NCBI GenBank assembly: GCA_947501605.1
Contig: CANMWZ010000006.1
Location: 32,001 to 96,000, forward strand
DNA length: 64,000 bases
Origin: Planctomycetota bacterium
GTDB lineage: Bacteria; Planctomycetota; UBA1135; UBA2386
Direction: 5' to 3'
Shown here: positions 17,989 to 28,340 of the stretch, piece after piece
Layout: each line of letters begins with the position of its first letter
Position numbering within the stretch: position 1 is the first letter of the stretch
The notes under the pieces: generated by a model
Databases searched by the model: none
The model's input: only the letters and a program-made list of their open reading frames with translations
Told to the model about the DNA's origin: nothing
Made by a program: the position numbers and the translations under genes

Positions 17989-19113
17989 TCAGTTGGCGCC
18001 TTGGATGGGCTGGCCATTGACCGTGCCCGACGTCAACACGCCAGCAATGCCGGCGACCTGGACGGCAATCGGGCCGACGCCGCGAGCCAAGGTCATCACC
18101 ACGGCCGCAGACTGTCGCGCTCCGTTCGGAGCACGCGCTTCCATGCTCCAATCCAACTGGAACACGTCGTCGAAGCGGCCGACTGCGGTTCGGAGCGGTG
18201 GCACGCCCGTCGGCAACACGCGCAGGATGGTGGTCGCCGAAGTCGTCGGGGCCGCAGTTCCGTACGGCTGGTAGAGCAGCGCCGGAAGAACGCTCAGCAT
18301 CGGCTGACCCAGCGTCACTTCCGCCGGCAGGAACAGGCTCAGGTCATGGATCTCCTGGTAGTCCGTGCCACCATTGGTGGAGTACTCACCGAGGACATCG
18401 GTCGGGCCATAGGCAAAGGGCGGCGAATCAATGCGGCGCAGGTAGAGACCGAGATTCTGGTCGGGCGTCTCGATGAGCAGGCGAAAGACCGTCACGCCTT
18501 GCAGGTTGGGCTCGGCCGCCGAGGCCGTCAGCGTGATGGTGATGCCGTTGCTGAAGTTCCAGCGGTTGCCGGTCTGCAGCGGCAAGAACCCCGGCGTCGA
18601 ACCAAAGACACCCTGCGGGTTGGTGGTCACCCACCCGAGCAGTCGTTGCGCCACCCAGTAGACGGCCGGGAAGTTGAGCGTCTGGAATCGGACCTTGCCG
18701 GTATCCGGCTCGGTAACCCCAGCGATCTCGATCACGCGACCATCTTGCTGGCGAGCCAGGACGACCGCAGCTCGCCCCTGCCGTCCAGCCTCGAACGGCA
18801 ACGTGACCGCGACCGGCAGCGCGAATTCCCGCGGACTCGGGCCGAGCAGAATGCCGCGACTGAGGTTGCTGAAACCCGGCTGGATCTGTGCAAAGCTGGT
18901 CGCAACCGTGAGTTGCACCGGCGCGGTAGTCGCGCCGGGCGGAACCGCGATTTCGAGGCCTGCGAGTTCCCCGGTGGTCAACTGCAGCACGCCGCCGGCG
19001 ACGCCGACCCGTTGGCCAGCGACCACCTGAGCGGCACCACCGCCGCCGCCACCGCCAGAACAGGCAGCGAGCAGGCAGAGGGAGAACAAGAACACGTTGC
19101 GGCACTGGCCCAT
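17989..19113 (-). CDS. Lipoprotein with ZU5-like N-domain and beta-rich C-domain
   Basis: Lipobox LAAC followed by a Gly linker; GVAGGVL...IAVPPGA...LGPSPREFALPVAVTLPF; C-domain FLPLQTGNRWNF...LARGVGPI. Confidence 0.75.
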   Translation of the reverse strand: MGQCRNVFLFSLCLLAACSGGGGGGGAAQVVAGQRVGVAGGVLQLTTGELAGLEIAVPPGATTAPVQLTVATSFAQIQPGFSNLSRGILLGPSPREFALPVAVTLPFEAGRQGRAAVVLARQQDGRVIEIAGVTEPDTGKVRFQTLNFPAVYWVAQRLLGWVTTNPQGVFGSTPGFLPLQTGNRWNFSNGITITLTASAAEPNLQGVTVFRLLIETPDQNLGLYLRRIDSPPFAYGPTDVLGEYSTNGGTDYQEIHDLSLFLPAEVTLGQPMLSVLPALLYQPYGTAAPTTSATTILRVLPTGVPPLRTAVGRFDDVFQLDWSMEARAPNGARQSAAVVMTLARGVGPIAVQVAGIAGVLTSGTVNGQPIQGAN

Positions 19114-19260
19114 GCGGGAATGCTGGTGCGTCCCCGGCAAGCGACCGTGAGTGTCAGATTAAGGATCGCTACAAGCCCATTCGGCCGCACCGCATTGGGA
19201 AGGCCCCCTCACGCAAGACCGCCGACGCGCGGATCGCACCGCGGTCGGGAGCACCCCGTC

Positions 19261-22200
19261 TCATCGGTTCGGCGCATCCAGCTCGCGCAAGACAGCGCCG
19301 TCGGTCTCGCTCAGCACCAGCAGTGCGTAGCGCTGCGCGCCCGAGCTGCCGGATTCGCTGACTGAGACGTAATCGAAGCGGCCCCGAAGGTCGGTGTAGC
19401 CATCCTTGTGGAAGCGCACCGAGCCATCGGCGCCACGCGCATAGCACTTCACGTAGACCTTGGCGAGCGGCGCGCCTTTCTGCGACCGCACTTCCACCTG
19501 CCCGTACGAGCCGATGGCCTGCACCACCATCGTGCTGGCGAGGCTCTGCGCGCGGCGCACGAGGCCGCCGCCGCGAACCTCGATGACGACATTGCCTTGC
19601 GCGAACTCGGCCGGCAGCGGGACGGTTGTCTGCTGGGCGCCCTTGCCGAGCTCGACCGCGTCCTTGCGCATCGGTTCGACCCACCCGACGGCGGCGAGGC
19701 CCTGTTGCTGGAACGGGCTGTTGCTGAACGCGAACTCGACGTCGAGCCGGTGGTAGCGCACTTCGCACACCTCGAGATTGCGATGACGGATCGCGATCAC
19801 GCCACCTTCGACCACGACATCGAGTTGCGGCTCGGTCGCCGCGAGCTGCGTCTGCTGCGCGTCCCGCAGTTCCTCGTCGGTGGCCACGACGGCCGCGCCG
19901 TCGATCTCGTCCGCCTGCTGCAACACCGAGCGGAACAGCGTGCGCCAACGGTCCACCGGATGATCCTTGTGCACGCTCGCGATACTGCGCGCCGCGGCGA
20001 CGTCAGCGCGGAAGAACGCGAGGTAAGCCGCCAAGTAGTCGTACTGCAGCGCAGTCGTCAACGACTCGCGGTCGATGCGCGCGAACGCGGCGAGCGCATC
20101 CTCGGTGCGACCTTGGACCAAGTGGTAGTAGGTCACCTCGGCCCAGTCGGCCGCCGCGAGTTGCGGCCGTCGACATAGGATCGCGAGGCACTGTTGCCAC
20201 TGCTGTGTGACATCGCGGTTCTGGATGCCCTGCCACGCACCGATGCGGTGCGCGCGCGCGTGCACCAGCGGATCGAACTCGAGGTGCTCGTAGGCGCGTT
20301 CGACGAGCGGTTCGACCGTGAGCAGCGGCGAACGCAACACGTAGCCGATCGATTGCCCGAGGTCCGCACGGCGAGCCAGGTACTCACGCGCCACCGGCAG
20401 ATCGCCGTGCCTCACTCCGAACGACCACACCGTGTCGTCGTATTGGAGTTGCGAACGCAGCAGCTCCACCACCTTGCCGAAGAACACACGGTCGCGCAGA
20501 CGCCAAGCGATGCGCGACAGGTCGACCCGCCGAAGGTTGTGGGTTCGCAGATACTCGAGAACGGCATCGGCCTCTGCCATCTGCGACACGTGGTCCCACG
20601 AAGCGGAGTCGACGACGGTCGGCGTCGCGACGACGTGACGGACCGCGGCCTCGGCGGCGCCGACGAACACGCCGTCGGCACTGACCTGCGCGGGGTAGTG
20701 GGCGAAGTCACCGGGCAGCGGGAAGTAGAACGAGAACTCGAAGGTCGTCGTCGCGAACGCGTCGAGCTGGAGCGGCACGCTGTGCGTGGCGAAGCCGCCT
20801 TGCAGCGGCAACGCACCGGCCGGGATCTGGATCAGCAGCGACAACGTGCGCGGCGCCTCGGTCGGGTTCGTCAGCACGATCTGACTGCCGTAGACCACGC
20901 CGGCGGTGAACTCACTCGTCACGGACTTCTGGCGACGGACGTTGCCGTCATAGCTGTAACGATCGTCGAGGCGGAAACAGGCCTGACGGATCAACACCGG
21001 ATCGATCCCGTCCTTCTGCACGACCGGCAGGATCTCGCTGCGCGCGAGCAACAGCGGGCCCTCGGTCCGCAGCGTCGCCGCCGCACCATCGCGCACCGAG
21101 CTCGGTTGCTTGCCCTCGAACGGCAGATCGAGCACCGCCAGCGCGAACATCGCCTCGGTGAAGCTGCCGCGCGCTTCGGCGACGTTCGGCGACACGAACG
21201 GTGTTCCCTGCGACGCCGCGAAGTCGCGCCAGAACGAGTTGGCACGGATGCGATCGGCCGTCTCGTCCGTGCGCTGCATCTTCCAGTAGTAGCTCTCGGC
21301 GAAGATGCGCGTCGGATCGAGGTCGCGGAAGAAGCTGCGCTGCACCTTGCGACGCTCCCGGTCTTGCTCGTCATCCTCCTTCGCGAGTTCCGCGTCCTTG
21401 TCGGTCAACTCGGTGAGCAAGCCACCAGCCTGCCCCTGCTCGACCGACGCGGACAGATCCTGCTTGGCCTTCTCGGCGCTCTCCGGCTTTGGCGCCGGCG
21501 CGCCCGGGTCAGCGGCACGTCGTCCGGTCGCAGGACCGGCAGGGCCGGCACTGGCGGGCCCACCTGCACTCGGCTCGGCCGCGGACAGCTTCCGTTCGAG
21601 TCGATCCACTACGTCGAGCCCGAGCAGGGTTTTGGCATCGCCTTCCGCGCCGGCATCGAGATCGGCGGTGCGCAGGGCCGCGCGGAACACGAGCTTCTTG
21701 CCCTCGAGGTCGATGGGCTCGAGCTCGCCGAGTTCGCGCGCGTGGCGAACGAGTGCCTCGCGTTGGCCCGGCAATCGCTGCAGCAGAAGGATGCGCTCGA
21801 CGAGGTTGAGCGTCGCGAAGCGCGCGGGCTCGAGGTAGCTGGCAACGTCCTCACCGAGCATCCAGTCGTCGAGGAACTCGCGATGGGCTTTGTTCGCGAG
21901 ATACGGCTTCAACACCGAATCGAAGAAGGCGCGGTCCTTGAAGTAGAGGAACAGGTGCAGCTCGTGGCACGCGTGCGTGCGGTAGAGCTGCAGTCGCTCG
22001 TCCGCGGTCAGCGACGGCCAGCGCGTGACAAAGGCGAAGTCGGCGAGGTCGGGGCCCTGAACCAACGTGCCCAGCAGTCGATGCACCTCTTGGAGCGAAG
22101 TGAACGGCCGCAACTTCGTCGTCGCGACATCGGGAACGCGGGTCTCGCTGCCGGCGGCGACGAACTCGATGCGCTGCTGCTCGGCCAGGTGCTGAGCCGC

Positions 22201-25200
22201 GTCGAAGGCCTTCGGCAGGCGAAGATCGCGCGGATCGAGGGCCTTCAGCGGCATCGCCACGCTGCGGTAGTCGAAGTCGTCGCCGTCGACGGCGATCACG
22301 TGCAGCAGCTGGCCCGCGCCGAGGTCCTTGCGCGGGATGCGCAGCGTGCCGTTCGCATCGGGGCGAAGGTTGGCGAGCAGCGACGTGGCGCCGTCGAGGA
22401 AGTCGATCGTGGCGTAAGCGTTCGGGTCCGAACCCGTTGCGCGCATGGAGTTGGCCGTCTCGGCTGGCGGCGCCTCGGCCCTGCCGCCGCGTCGGCGGCC
22501 ATAGCCACCGCCGGCACCACCCCCGAACCGGCCGGTGTCCGAGGCTCGATCGATCGCCCACGGATTCAGCAGCAGGCTCGGCCGCTGCAGCATGTTGCCG
22601 GGGAACTTGGTCGCGTAGCGACGCTCGAACACGTAGCGAAGTTCGTCCCCCACGCGGCGCTCGGCGGCGTAGTCCGAGAAGCGCGGTTCGAGCAGCACTC
22701 GAGACGCGCCGCCATAGACGGGCGGCAACGCCAGAGCGAACGCATCGAAGGCCGGCAAGTAGCGCGTCGCGAACGCGTGCACGCGGGCGGAGGCACCGGC
22801 GTTGCCGAGCCGGACCGACACGGTGTCCGCATCGGCGTCGAGTCGGAGGATCGCGAGCGGCGTCTGGCCGCGCAGCAACAACGCGCGCGTCGCACCGAGA
22901 ACGAAGCGACCTTGCTCGGTACCGTTCGTCACGGCAACGTCGATCTCGACGTCGAAGCGCGGCAATCGCAGCACGTAGTCACCGGCCGGCACAGCGCGCA
23001 GTTCGAGCCAACCCTCGGTGAGAGCCAGGAGCGCGGAGGCATCGCGCACCGGTCGATCGTCACGGCGCTCGACCAATGTCGCGATCGAGGCGTCGAGTTG
23101 CGTTCCATTCTCTGGATACGCGACGCGAAGTGTTGCGCCGGCGATTCCCTGCAGGCTCTTCGGCCATGCTCGCCGTTCGACCAGGAACCACGAGGATCCG
23201 GCGACCGACGACGAGCCGAGCAGGCGGACCTCGTCGATGCCCTCGAGCGCGCCGAGTGCGACCTTGCCTGCGGCATCCGATTGCAGAACAACCTGCACTT
23301 GGTCGCGGAAGTCGCAGTGGCGCAGCGAGAGTTCGACTGTCCGCGTCGCCAGCGGCTCGCCGGTGCGCCCGCGCACTTCGACGAACCAACCGTCCTGTTC
23401 CCGACCGAGGATCGAGGCCGCAACTTCCGCGGTCGCCTCGATGCCGTTCACGACGAACGTGCCGCCGTCTTGCTGCACGTCGACCGTCTGCCCCGTGCTC
23501 GCCTTCTGGTAGCGGGCGCGCATGGCGACCGACAAGCTCACGAGCCCGCGCGGAACCTCGAAGTCGTGCACGTACTCGCCGTTCGAGTCGAAAGCCGCGA
23601 CCGCGATCGTCTGCATCGACTGGGCGCCGTCGCGCAAGCGGGCCGTGATCACGAACTCCGGCTCCTGCAGCAGCGCGAGCGAGACCGGCACACCGCCGAC
23701 TTCGAACCTCGGGCGCAGCAGCAATCGACTGGGTTCCCCGCCGCGCAGGGACTCGCGATCGACGAACGCCGCGAGTCGCAGCTCGGCCGACTCGACCGCG
23801 TGGGCGAAGCGATGCAGCGTCGCGACGGCACCGCGCCGCACCACGATCGTCCGCTGAGCAGGCTCGGGCGAGAACGGAACGGCGAGTTCGCCGCGGTCGT
23901 CGGCGACGATCTCGCGGCCGGCACAGAACGCGACGGCATCGCGCACGGGTTGCCCGTTCTCGTCGAACACCGAGAACACGTGGCCCGCGGCGCCGATGCG
24001 CGACAGCACATCGAGGCGGCCCTTCTGCACCACCGCGCGGCTCGACATGCCGTTGCCGACGAACTCGACGACGTAGGTGCCGGGCTGGTTGAGCGAGTCG
24101 GGTTGGAACTGCCGCCGCACGCGCCGCAACGGTGGCTCGGAGTACTGCACGACCTGCTCTTCGTTGGCGACGACGCCGTCGAGGTCGATCGAGGCATCGA
24201 CGTCTTTGCCGACCGCCTTCAAGTAGGCATACGCGTCGATCCGGTAGACCTTGACCAGCAAGGTCGGCACGTTCTTGACGTCGAGCTCGATCGTGACCTT
24301 CGCATCCGCCGCGAAGTGCTGCTGCGCCCGCTTTGCGAACGAGAGTTCGACGCGTTGCACCAGCTGCTCGTAGTACGACGGATCCGCAAGCATCGAGTAC
24401 CAGCGCTCCATGTCACCTTGACCGAGCAGGATCTTGGTCTCGGCGAACACGCGACGCAGCCAATCCTCGCGCACATGCTCGGTCCACGGAGCAATCGTGT
24501 CCGCAGTCGCGAAGATCTGTTCGAAGCACGCACGCACGAGCTCTTCGTCGCTGCCGACCGCGTCGAGACCGGTGCTGCTGCGGAAACCGTCGTCGACGAT
24601 ATCCTGCCCGCGACTCTTGCGAATCCACTCGGGATTGGCGTAGCCGGCACGCCGTGGCAATCGCAGATACGAACCGAGGCGGTCGGTGTCGACCTTTCCA
24701 AGTTCGAGATCGTGCCGCAACCGGTGGAACAGCACATGGCTCTTGAGGCTGTTGTGCACGGGCGACAACCGCTCCACGAAGCCAAGGAGCGCGTCGAGGT
24801 AGGCTTCGCGCGCGCGCACGTCGACCTGCCAAGCGACATCGGCGTTCGGCCGCAGTCGACGCACGTACTCGTCGACATATCGACGGTCATCGCGCAAGTT
24901 GGGGACCTGCTGCAGCACCTCGTCGAGCTGCGACTGCAACAAGAACTCGTGCACCCGCAGAGAGCCGAAGCCGCCGCTGTCGCGCAACCGCAGTTCGCGC
25001 GCAACGAGCAGCGCGAGACCTGGCACGTCGGAACGCTGAAGACGATTCAAGAGCTCGCGCAGCAGGTTGTCCGGCACCTTCGTCGCCAACAATGCAGCGA
25101 GACCGCGATCCGTCAGACCGTCGAGCGAGTTTGAGTGCAGCGCGAGCGCGCGCTGCAGGAGTTGCGCCGCCGCGATCGAGCGATTGTCGAACTGAGTCGG

Positions 25201-25605
25201 CAACTCAGGCTGCTGACCCGGGACCTGCCGCTGCTGGTCAAAGGACAGTCCCAATCGCTGCTGCAGCCATGCATAGGTGCCCTTCTCATCGCGTTCGTAG
25301 GAGAGCAGTGCTTGGCGCACTTCGATCTCCTCGACCCGCGACGTACGCCCGTGCCTTTCAACCCATGCAGCGAGGAGCACCGGAACAGCATCGAGCGCCC
25401 CTTCGTGCTGCTTCTGCAAGCACTGATAGTAGTAAGCGTCCTCCGTCCCCGGGATCAGCTGCGCGAGCGCCGCTGCGCGATCGGGCGCAAGCGCGAACGT
25501 CTCGGCGAATCCTCCCGGCGGCGTCTGCGCCAACAGCGCCGAGGACATGGCCAGGAGGGTCAGCGGAAACACAACACACGACAGCCGCAGGAGTGGATTG
25601 CGCAT
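19261..25605 (-). CDS. Giant secreted protein (2114 aa), remote alpha-2-macroglobulin-like multidomain architecture
   Basis: Uninterrupted ORF with host-like codon usage; signal peptide; alternating helical and beta-sandwich segments; two Gly/Pro/Ala-rich linkers; C-terminal YVKCYAR...FHKDGYTDLRGRFDY. Confidence 0.85.
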   Translation of the reverse strand: MRNPLLRLSCVVFPLTLLAMSSALLAQTPPGGFAETFALAPDRAAALAQLIPGTEDAYYYQCLQKQHEGALDAVPVLLAAWVERHGRTSRVEEIEVRQALLSYERDEKGTYAWLQQRLGLSFDQQRQVPGQQPELPTQFDNRSIAAAQLLQRALALHSNSLDGLTDRGLAALLATKVPDNLLRELLNRLQRSDVPGLALLVARELRLRDSGGFGSLRVHEFLLQSQLDEVLQQVPNLRDDRRYVDEYVRRLRPNADVAWQVDVRAREAYLDALLGFVERLSPVHNSLKSHVLFHRLRHDLELGKVDTDRLGSYLRLPRRAGYANPEWIRKSRGQDIVDDGFRSSTGLDAVGSDEELVRACFEQIFATADTIAPWTEHVREDWLRRVFAETKILLGQGDMERWYSMLADPSYYEQLVQRVELSFAKRAQQHFAADAKVTIELDVKNVPTLLVKVYRIDAYAYLKAVGKDVDASIDLDGVVANEEQVVQYSEPPLRRVRRQFQPDSLNQPGTYVVEFVGNGMSSRAVVQKGRLDVLSRIGAAGHVFSVFDENGQPVRDAVAFCAGREIVADDRGELAVPFSPEPAQRTIVVRRGAVATLHRFAHAVESAELRLAAFVDRESLRGGEPSRLLLRPRFEVGGVPVSLALLQEPEFVITARLRDGAQSMQTIAVAAFDSNGEYVHDFEVPRGLVSLSVAMRARYQKASTGQTVDVQQDGGTFVVNGIEATAEVAASILGREQDGWFVEVRGRTGEPLATRTVELSLRHCDFRDQVQVVLQSDAAGKVALGALEGIDEVRLLGSSSVAGSSWFLVERRAWPKSLQGIAGATLRVAYPENGTQLDASIATLVERRDDRPVRDASALLALTEGWLELRAVPAGDYVLRLPRFDVEIDVAVTNGTEQGRFVLGATRALLLRGQTPLAILRLDADADTVSVRLGNAGASARVHAFATRYLPAFDAFALALPPVYGGASRVLLEPRFSDYAAERRVGDELRYVFERRYATKFPGNMLQRPSLLLNPWAIDRASDTGRFGGGAGGGYGRRRGGRAEAPPAETANSMRATGSDPNAYATIDFLDGATSLLANLRPDANGTLRIPRKDLGAGQLLHVIAVDGDDFDYRSVAMPLKALDPRDLRLPKAFDAAQHLAEQQRIEFVAAGSETRVPDVATTKLRPFTSLQEVHRLLGTLVQGPDLADFAFVTRWPSLTADERLQLYRTHACHELHLFLYFKDRAFFDSVLKPYLANKAHREFLDDWMLGEDVASYLEPARFATLNLVERILLLQRLPGQREALVRHARELGELEPIDLEGKKLVFRAALRTADLDAGAEGDAKTLLGLDVVDRLERKLSAAEPSAGGPASAGPAGPATGRRAADPGAPAPKPESAEKAKQDLSASVEQGQAGGLLTELTDKDAELAKEDDEQDRERRKVQRSFFRDLDPTRIFAESYYWKMQRTDETADRIRANSFWRDFAASQGTPFVSPNVAEARGSFTEAMFALAVLDLPFEGKQPSSVRDGAAATLRTEGPLLLARSEILPVVQKDGIDPVLIRQACFRLDDRYSYDGNVRRQKSVTSEFTAGVVYGSQIVLTNPTEAPRTLSLLIQIPAGALPLQGGFATHSVPLQLDAFATTTFEFSFYFPLPGDFAHYPAQVSADGVFVGAAEAAVRHVVATPTVVDSASWDHVSQMAEADAVLEYLRTHNLRRVDLSRIAWRLRDRVFFGKVVELLRSQLQYDDTVWSFGVRHGDLPVAREYLARRADLGQSIGYVLRSPLLTVEPLVERAYEHLEFDPLVHARAHRIGAWQGIQNRDVTQQWQQCLAILCRRPQLAAADWAEVTYYHLVQGRTEDALAAFARIDRESLTTALQYDYLAAYLAFFRADVAAARSIASVHKDHPVDRWRTLFRSVLQQADEIDGAAVVATDEELRDAQQTQLAATEPQLDVVVEGGVIAIRHRNLEVCEVRYHRLDVEFAFSNSPFQQQGLAAVGWVEPMRKDAVELGKGAQQTTVPLPAEFAQGNVVIEVRGGGLVRRAQSLASTMVVQAIGSYGQVEVRSQKGAPLAKVYVKCYARGADGSVRFHKDGYTDLRGRFDYVSVSESGSSGAQRYALLVLSETDGAVLRELDAPNR

Positions 25606-26084
25606 CGGTCAGAATCGTCAAGCCAAGTACGAAAACAAGGCGGCGGTGCGCGCCATCTGCGACTCGCACCACCGCAACGGAACATCGAGGGTAGCGGGCA
25701 ACGGCATCCACAGCACCGTGTTCCCGGCACGCAGGCAAACAGCGGCAAGACGCCGCTGCGTTCCGGGTCGACATGGCAACAGCTTTCGACTGGGCTTCTG
25801 GCCAAGCATCGTTCGTGTTGCTTGGCAAAGTGCCCGACGCTCGAGTTCCGCGAGGGTCGTTGTCGGCTTGCTCCAGACTCGACGGCGCACGCAGCTACCC
25901 GGGACGGTCGACTGCAGGGCCTTTGCCACGCTGCCCCGCCACTTCTAGCGCAACGCCCCGTGGCGGTGATGAACGCGGCGAGACGGCGGCACAGCCTCCG
26001 TCACGACCGAAGACGATCCGCCGGGAAGACCGTGCGGGCGCGACACCGACCGACGACAGCAACGCGGAAGCGCCGGCGCGCTAC

Positions 26085-28061
26085 TCAGCGGGGAGTCGGC
26101 ACCGCGCCAGCGTCGCGCGGCGTCTGCAGCGGGGCGAAGAAGCCCCAGATCGCGACCGTCGCGTCCCACGCGACCGGTTCATCGGCGCCGAGGTAGTTGC
26201 CGCGCGTGCCGCCCGGCCAAGCGTGGCCACCGCCGCCGATCGTGACGACGCAAACGGGCAGGGTACGTTCATCGGCCTGCCAGGTCTCGATGCGCACGCC
26301 GCCATCGACTGTGGTCTCGGGTTCGCCGGTGAGCCCGTTGCGCGTGCGATAGTACTTGGCTGCGTCCGCAACCGCGGCGTCAACGCGACGGCCAGCGCGG
26401 CCCATGCTGCGCTCGGGCTTGCCGCCGTCGTAGCGAACGTGAAGATCCGCAGTGCCGTGCACGATCATCACGGCGACTGGGGAGGTTGCATCGGTATCGG
26501 TGAAGTTCATCGCACCGGACACCGGCGCGATGCCAGCGAACAGGTCTGCAGCCTCGCGCGCCAAGCGATGACACATCATGCCGCCGTTGCTCATGCCCGT
26601 TGCAAACACTCGATCTGGATCGACGGCGATCCGCTGCTTCAGGTCAGCGAGAACTGCTCGCACGAACTCGGTGTCGTCGACGTTCTTGTCTCCGGCGTAG
26701 ACAGGGATGCCACCGCTGTTCCAGGTCAAGAGCTTGTTGCGCAACAGACCCGTTCCATCGGGATAGACGGCAACGAAACCGCGGCGATCAGCGAGCTTGG
26801 AGAAGCCAGTCGACTCCTCCACTTGCGCGCTGTTGCCACCGCCACCGTGGAACACCATTACGACTGGGAGCTTCGCCGCCGACGACCCGCCGGGCGGGAC
26901 GTGCAGGCGATAACTGCGAGTTCGACCGCCGCACTCGAGTCGGACCAGTTCGTCGGTGCCGCTGATGGCGGGCGACTTGACGAACGCGCGCGCCGCTGCC
27001 TGCACTGCACCGATGCGCGGCAGGACGCGCGCGACACGATCTTGGATGGCGAGCACACCCCACAAGCCTTGATCCCGATCTACCCACGGCAAGAACCCGA
27101 ACGCGCCTGGATCACTGCCTCGCACCACCCCTGCTTGCGGCTCCTGAAGCCAAGTGGCGAGACCGTAGGCGAGATCGCCTTCAAAACCCGGGAAACGAAC
27201 CAGTGTTCGAGCAGTCTGCGACCGGAACATGCGATCCAGCGATTCCGGCTTCAGGACACGCACGCCGCGAAGTTCGCCACCATTGCCGAGCATCGCACAG
27301 AATCGCTCATAGTCGCGCAGCGACGACACTGCTCCCCCTGCGATCCAAGGAACAGTCGCTGCGCCAGCATCGCTGCCGACCGGCGACAGCCGACCAAACG
27401 CGGTGTTCATCATGCCCAGGCGGTCGGCCACGCGATCGCGAAACAAGGTGTGCCAGTTGGTCTTGGTGGCGCGCACCGCGACGCACGCGGCCACTTGGAA
27501 CCCCACACCGCTGTAGACGAAGTCGATGCCGGGCTCATACTGCAGCGGCTCCTCGGCAAGCTCGCGAGCCACGCCGTCCATGTCGAGATCGCGATCGAGT
27601 GCGGTTCGCGATTGCGCGGCGAAGCCCGCGGTGCACGACAGACACTGACTCAGCGTCAGGTACTTCTTGTCCGGGCGATCGAACTCTTTCAGGTAGCGCG
27701 ACACCGGCAGCTCGATATCGAGCAACCCATCATCGTGCAGCGAGAGGATGACCGCGGTCGCGAGCCACTTGCTGGCCGAAGCAATCGGCAGTGTCTGGTC
27801 AGCGGAGAAGTCACCGACGGTGCCAAGGTGGAGCAACCTGTCCTTGAGACCGACCGCCAGCCCCGCACCCTCGACGCCGATCGGCCGGGTCAGGTGGGCG
27901 AGCGCTTCCGTCAGTTCCTTCGCTGACGGAGCGGTGCGTTCGGGGGGCGTCGCCAACTCTTGCGCCGAGGGGTCCTGGCCGAGGACCTGCGTCGCCGCAC
28001 CGAGAAGCAGCACCAGGTTGAGGGAGATCCGCAGTGGGAAGCCGGCAAGCCGCATGTTCAT
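26085..28061 (-). CDS. Secreted two-domain hydrolase: beta-lactamase-family serine hydrolase fused to an LpqC/PHB-depolymerase-like alpha/beta esterase
   Basis: SxxK (IASASK), LLxxTAG-like segment, FVYSG, PGAFG; then VFHGGGGN, VAVYPDG, TGMSNGG, HGTAD, GGGHAWPG. Confidence 0.88.
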   Translation of the reverse strand: MNMRLAGFPLRISLNLVLLLGAATQVLGQDPSAQELATPPERTAPSAKELTEALAHLTRPIGVEGAGLAVGLKDRLLHLGTVGDFSADQTLPIASASKWLATAVILSLHDDGLLDIELPVSRYLKEFDRPDKKYLTLSQCLSCTAGFAAQSRTALDRDLDMDGVARELAEEPLQYEPGIDFVYSGVGFQVAACVAVRATKTNWHTLFRDRVADRLGMMNTAFGRLSPVGSDAGAATVPWIAGGAVSSLRDYERFCAMLGNGGELRGVRVLKPESLDRMFRSQTARTLVRFPGFEGDLAYGLATWLQEPQAGVVRGSDPGAFGFLPWVDRDQGLWGVLAIQDRVARVLPRIGAVQAAARAFVKSPAISGTDELVRLECGGRTRSYRLHVPPGGSSAAKLPVVMVFHGGGGNSAQVEESTGFSKLADRRGFVAVYPDGTGLLRNKLLTWNSGGIPVYAGDKNVDDTEFVRAVLADLKQRIAVDPDRVFATGMSNGGMMCHRLAREAADLFAGIAPVSGAMNFTDTDATSPVAVMIVHGTADLHVRYDGGKPERSMGRAGRRVDAAVADAAKYYRTRNGLTGEPETTVDGGVRIETWQADERTLPVCVVTIGGGGHAWPGGTRGNYLGADEPVAWDATVAIWGFFAPLQTPRDAGAVPTPR

Positions 28062-28340
28062 CGTGAGCGTGTGATAGGGAACTCGAGTCTCGATCTGGAC
28101 CGGAGCAGTAGCTTCTCGGAGCGCCTGCGGCTGGTCGGTCCCGCGCACAGGCCAATTGTGCACTCACTTCTATCGACCGGCGGCAAACGAACCTTCGCAC
28201 CGACGTTCGGCGCGGCGACGAGAACGCACAGTTCGCGGCGTACCAACAATCCGACGAGCAGCACGCTGTGGCGCGCCTTGCTCGCCGCCGGACGGCAAAG
28301 GCACTGGTGCCTGAGCCGCCAATCCGACCGAGTCTGCTAC

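Noticed and set aside
24517..24528. CFEQ in the giant protein, formally matching the macroglobulin thioester CxEQ
   Set aside because: Lies in the N-terminal helical region without the preceding PxGC/YGC context or expected position; probably coincidental.
20194..25134. 1646-aa plus-strand ORF and other long antisense ORFs (187-1170, 12765-14069, 15740-17920, 25773-27926, 48966-50540, 61099-62877)
   Set aside because: Shadow frames opposite well-supported genes; high GC3 removes stops on the antisense strand, and the translations have no motifs.
26085..28061. Calling the SxxK domain an antibiotic-resistance beta-lactamase
   Set aside because: Lacks the YxN and KTG motifs of class C enzymes; an esterase-type member is more likely.
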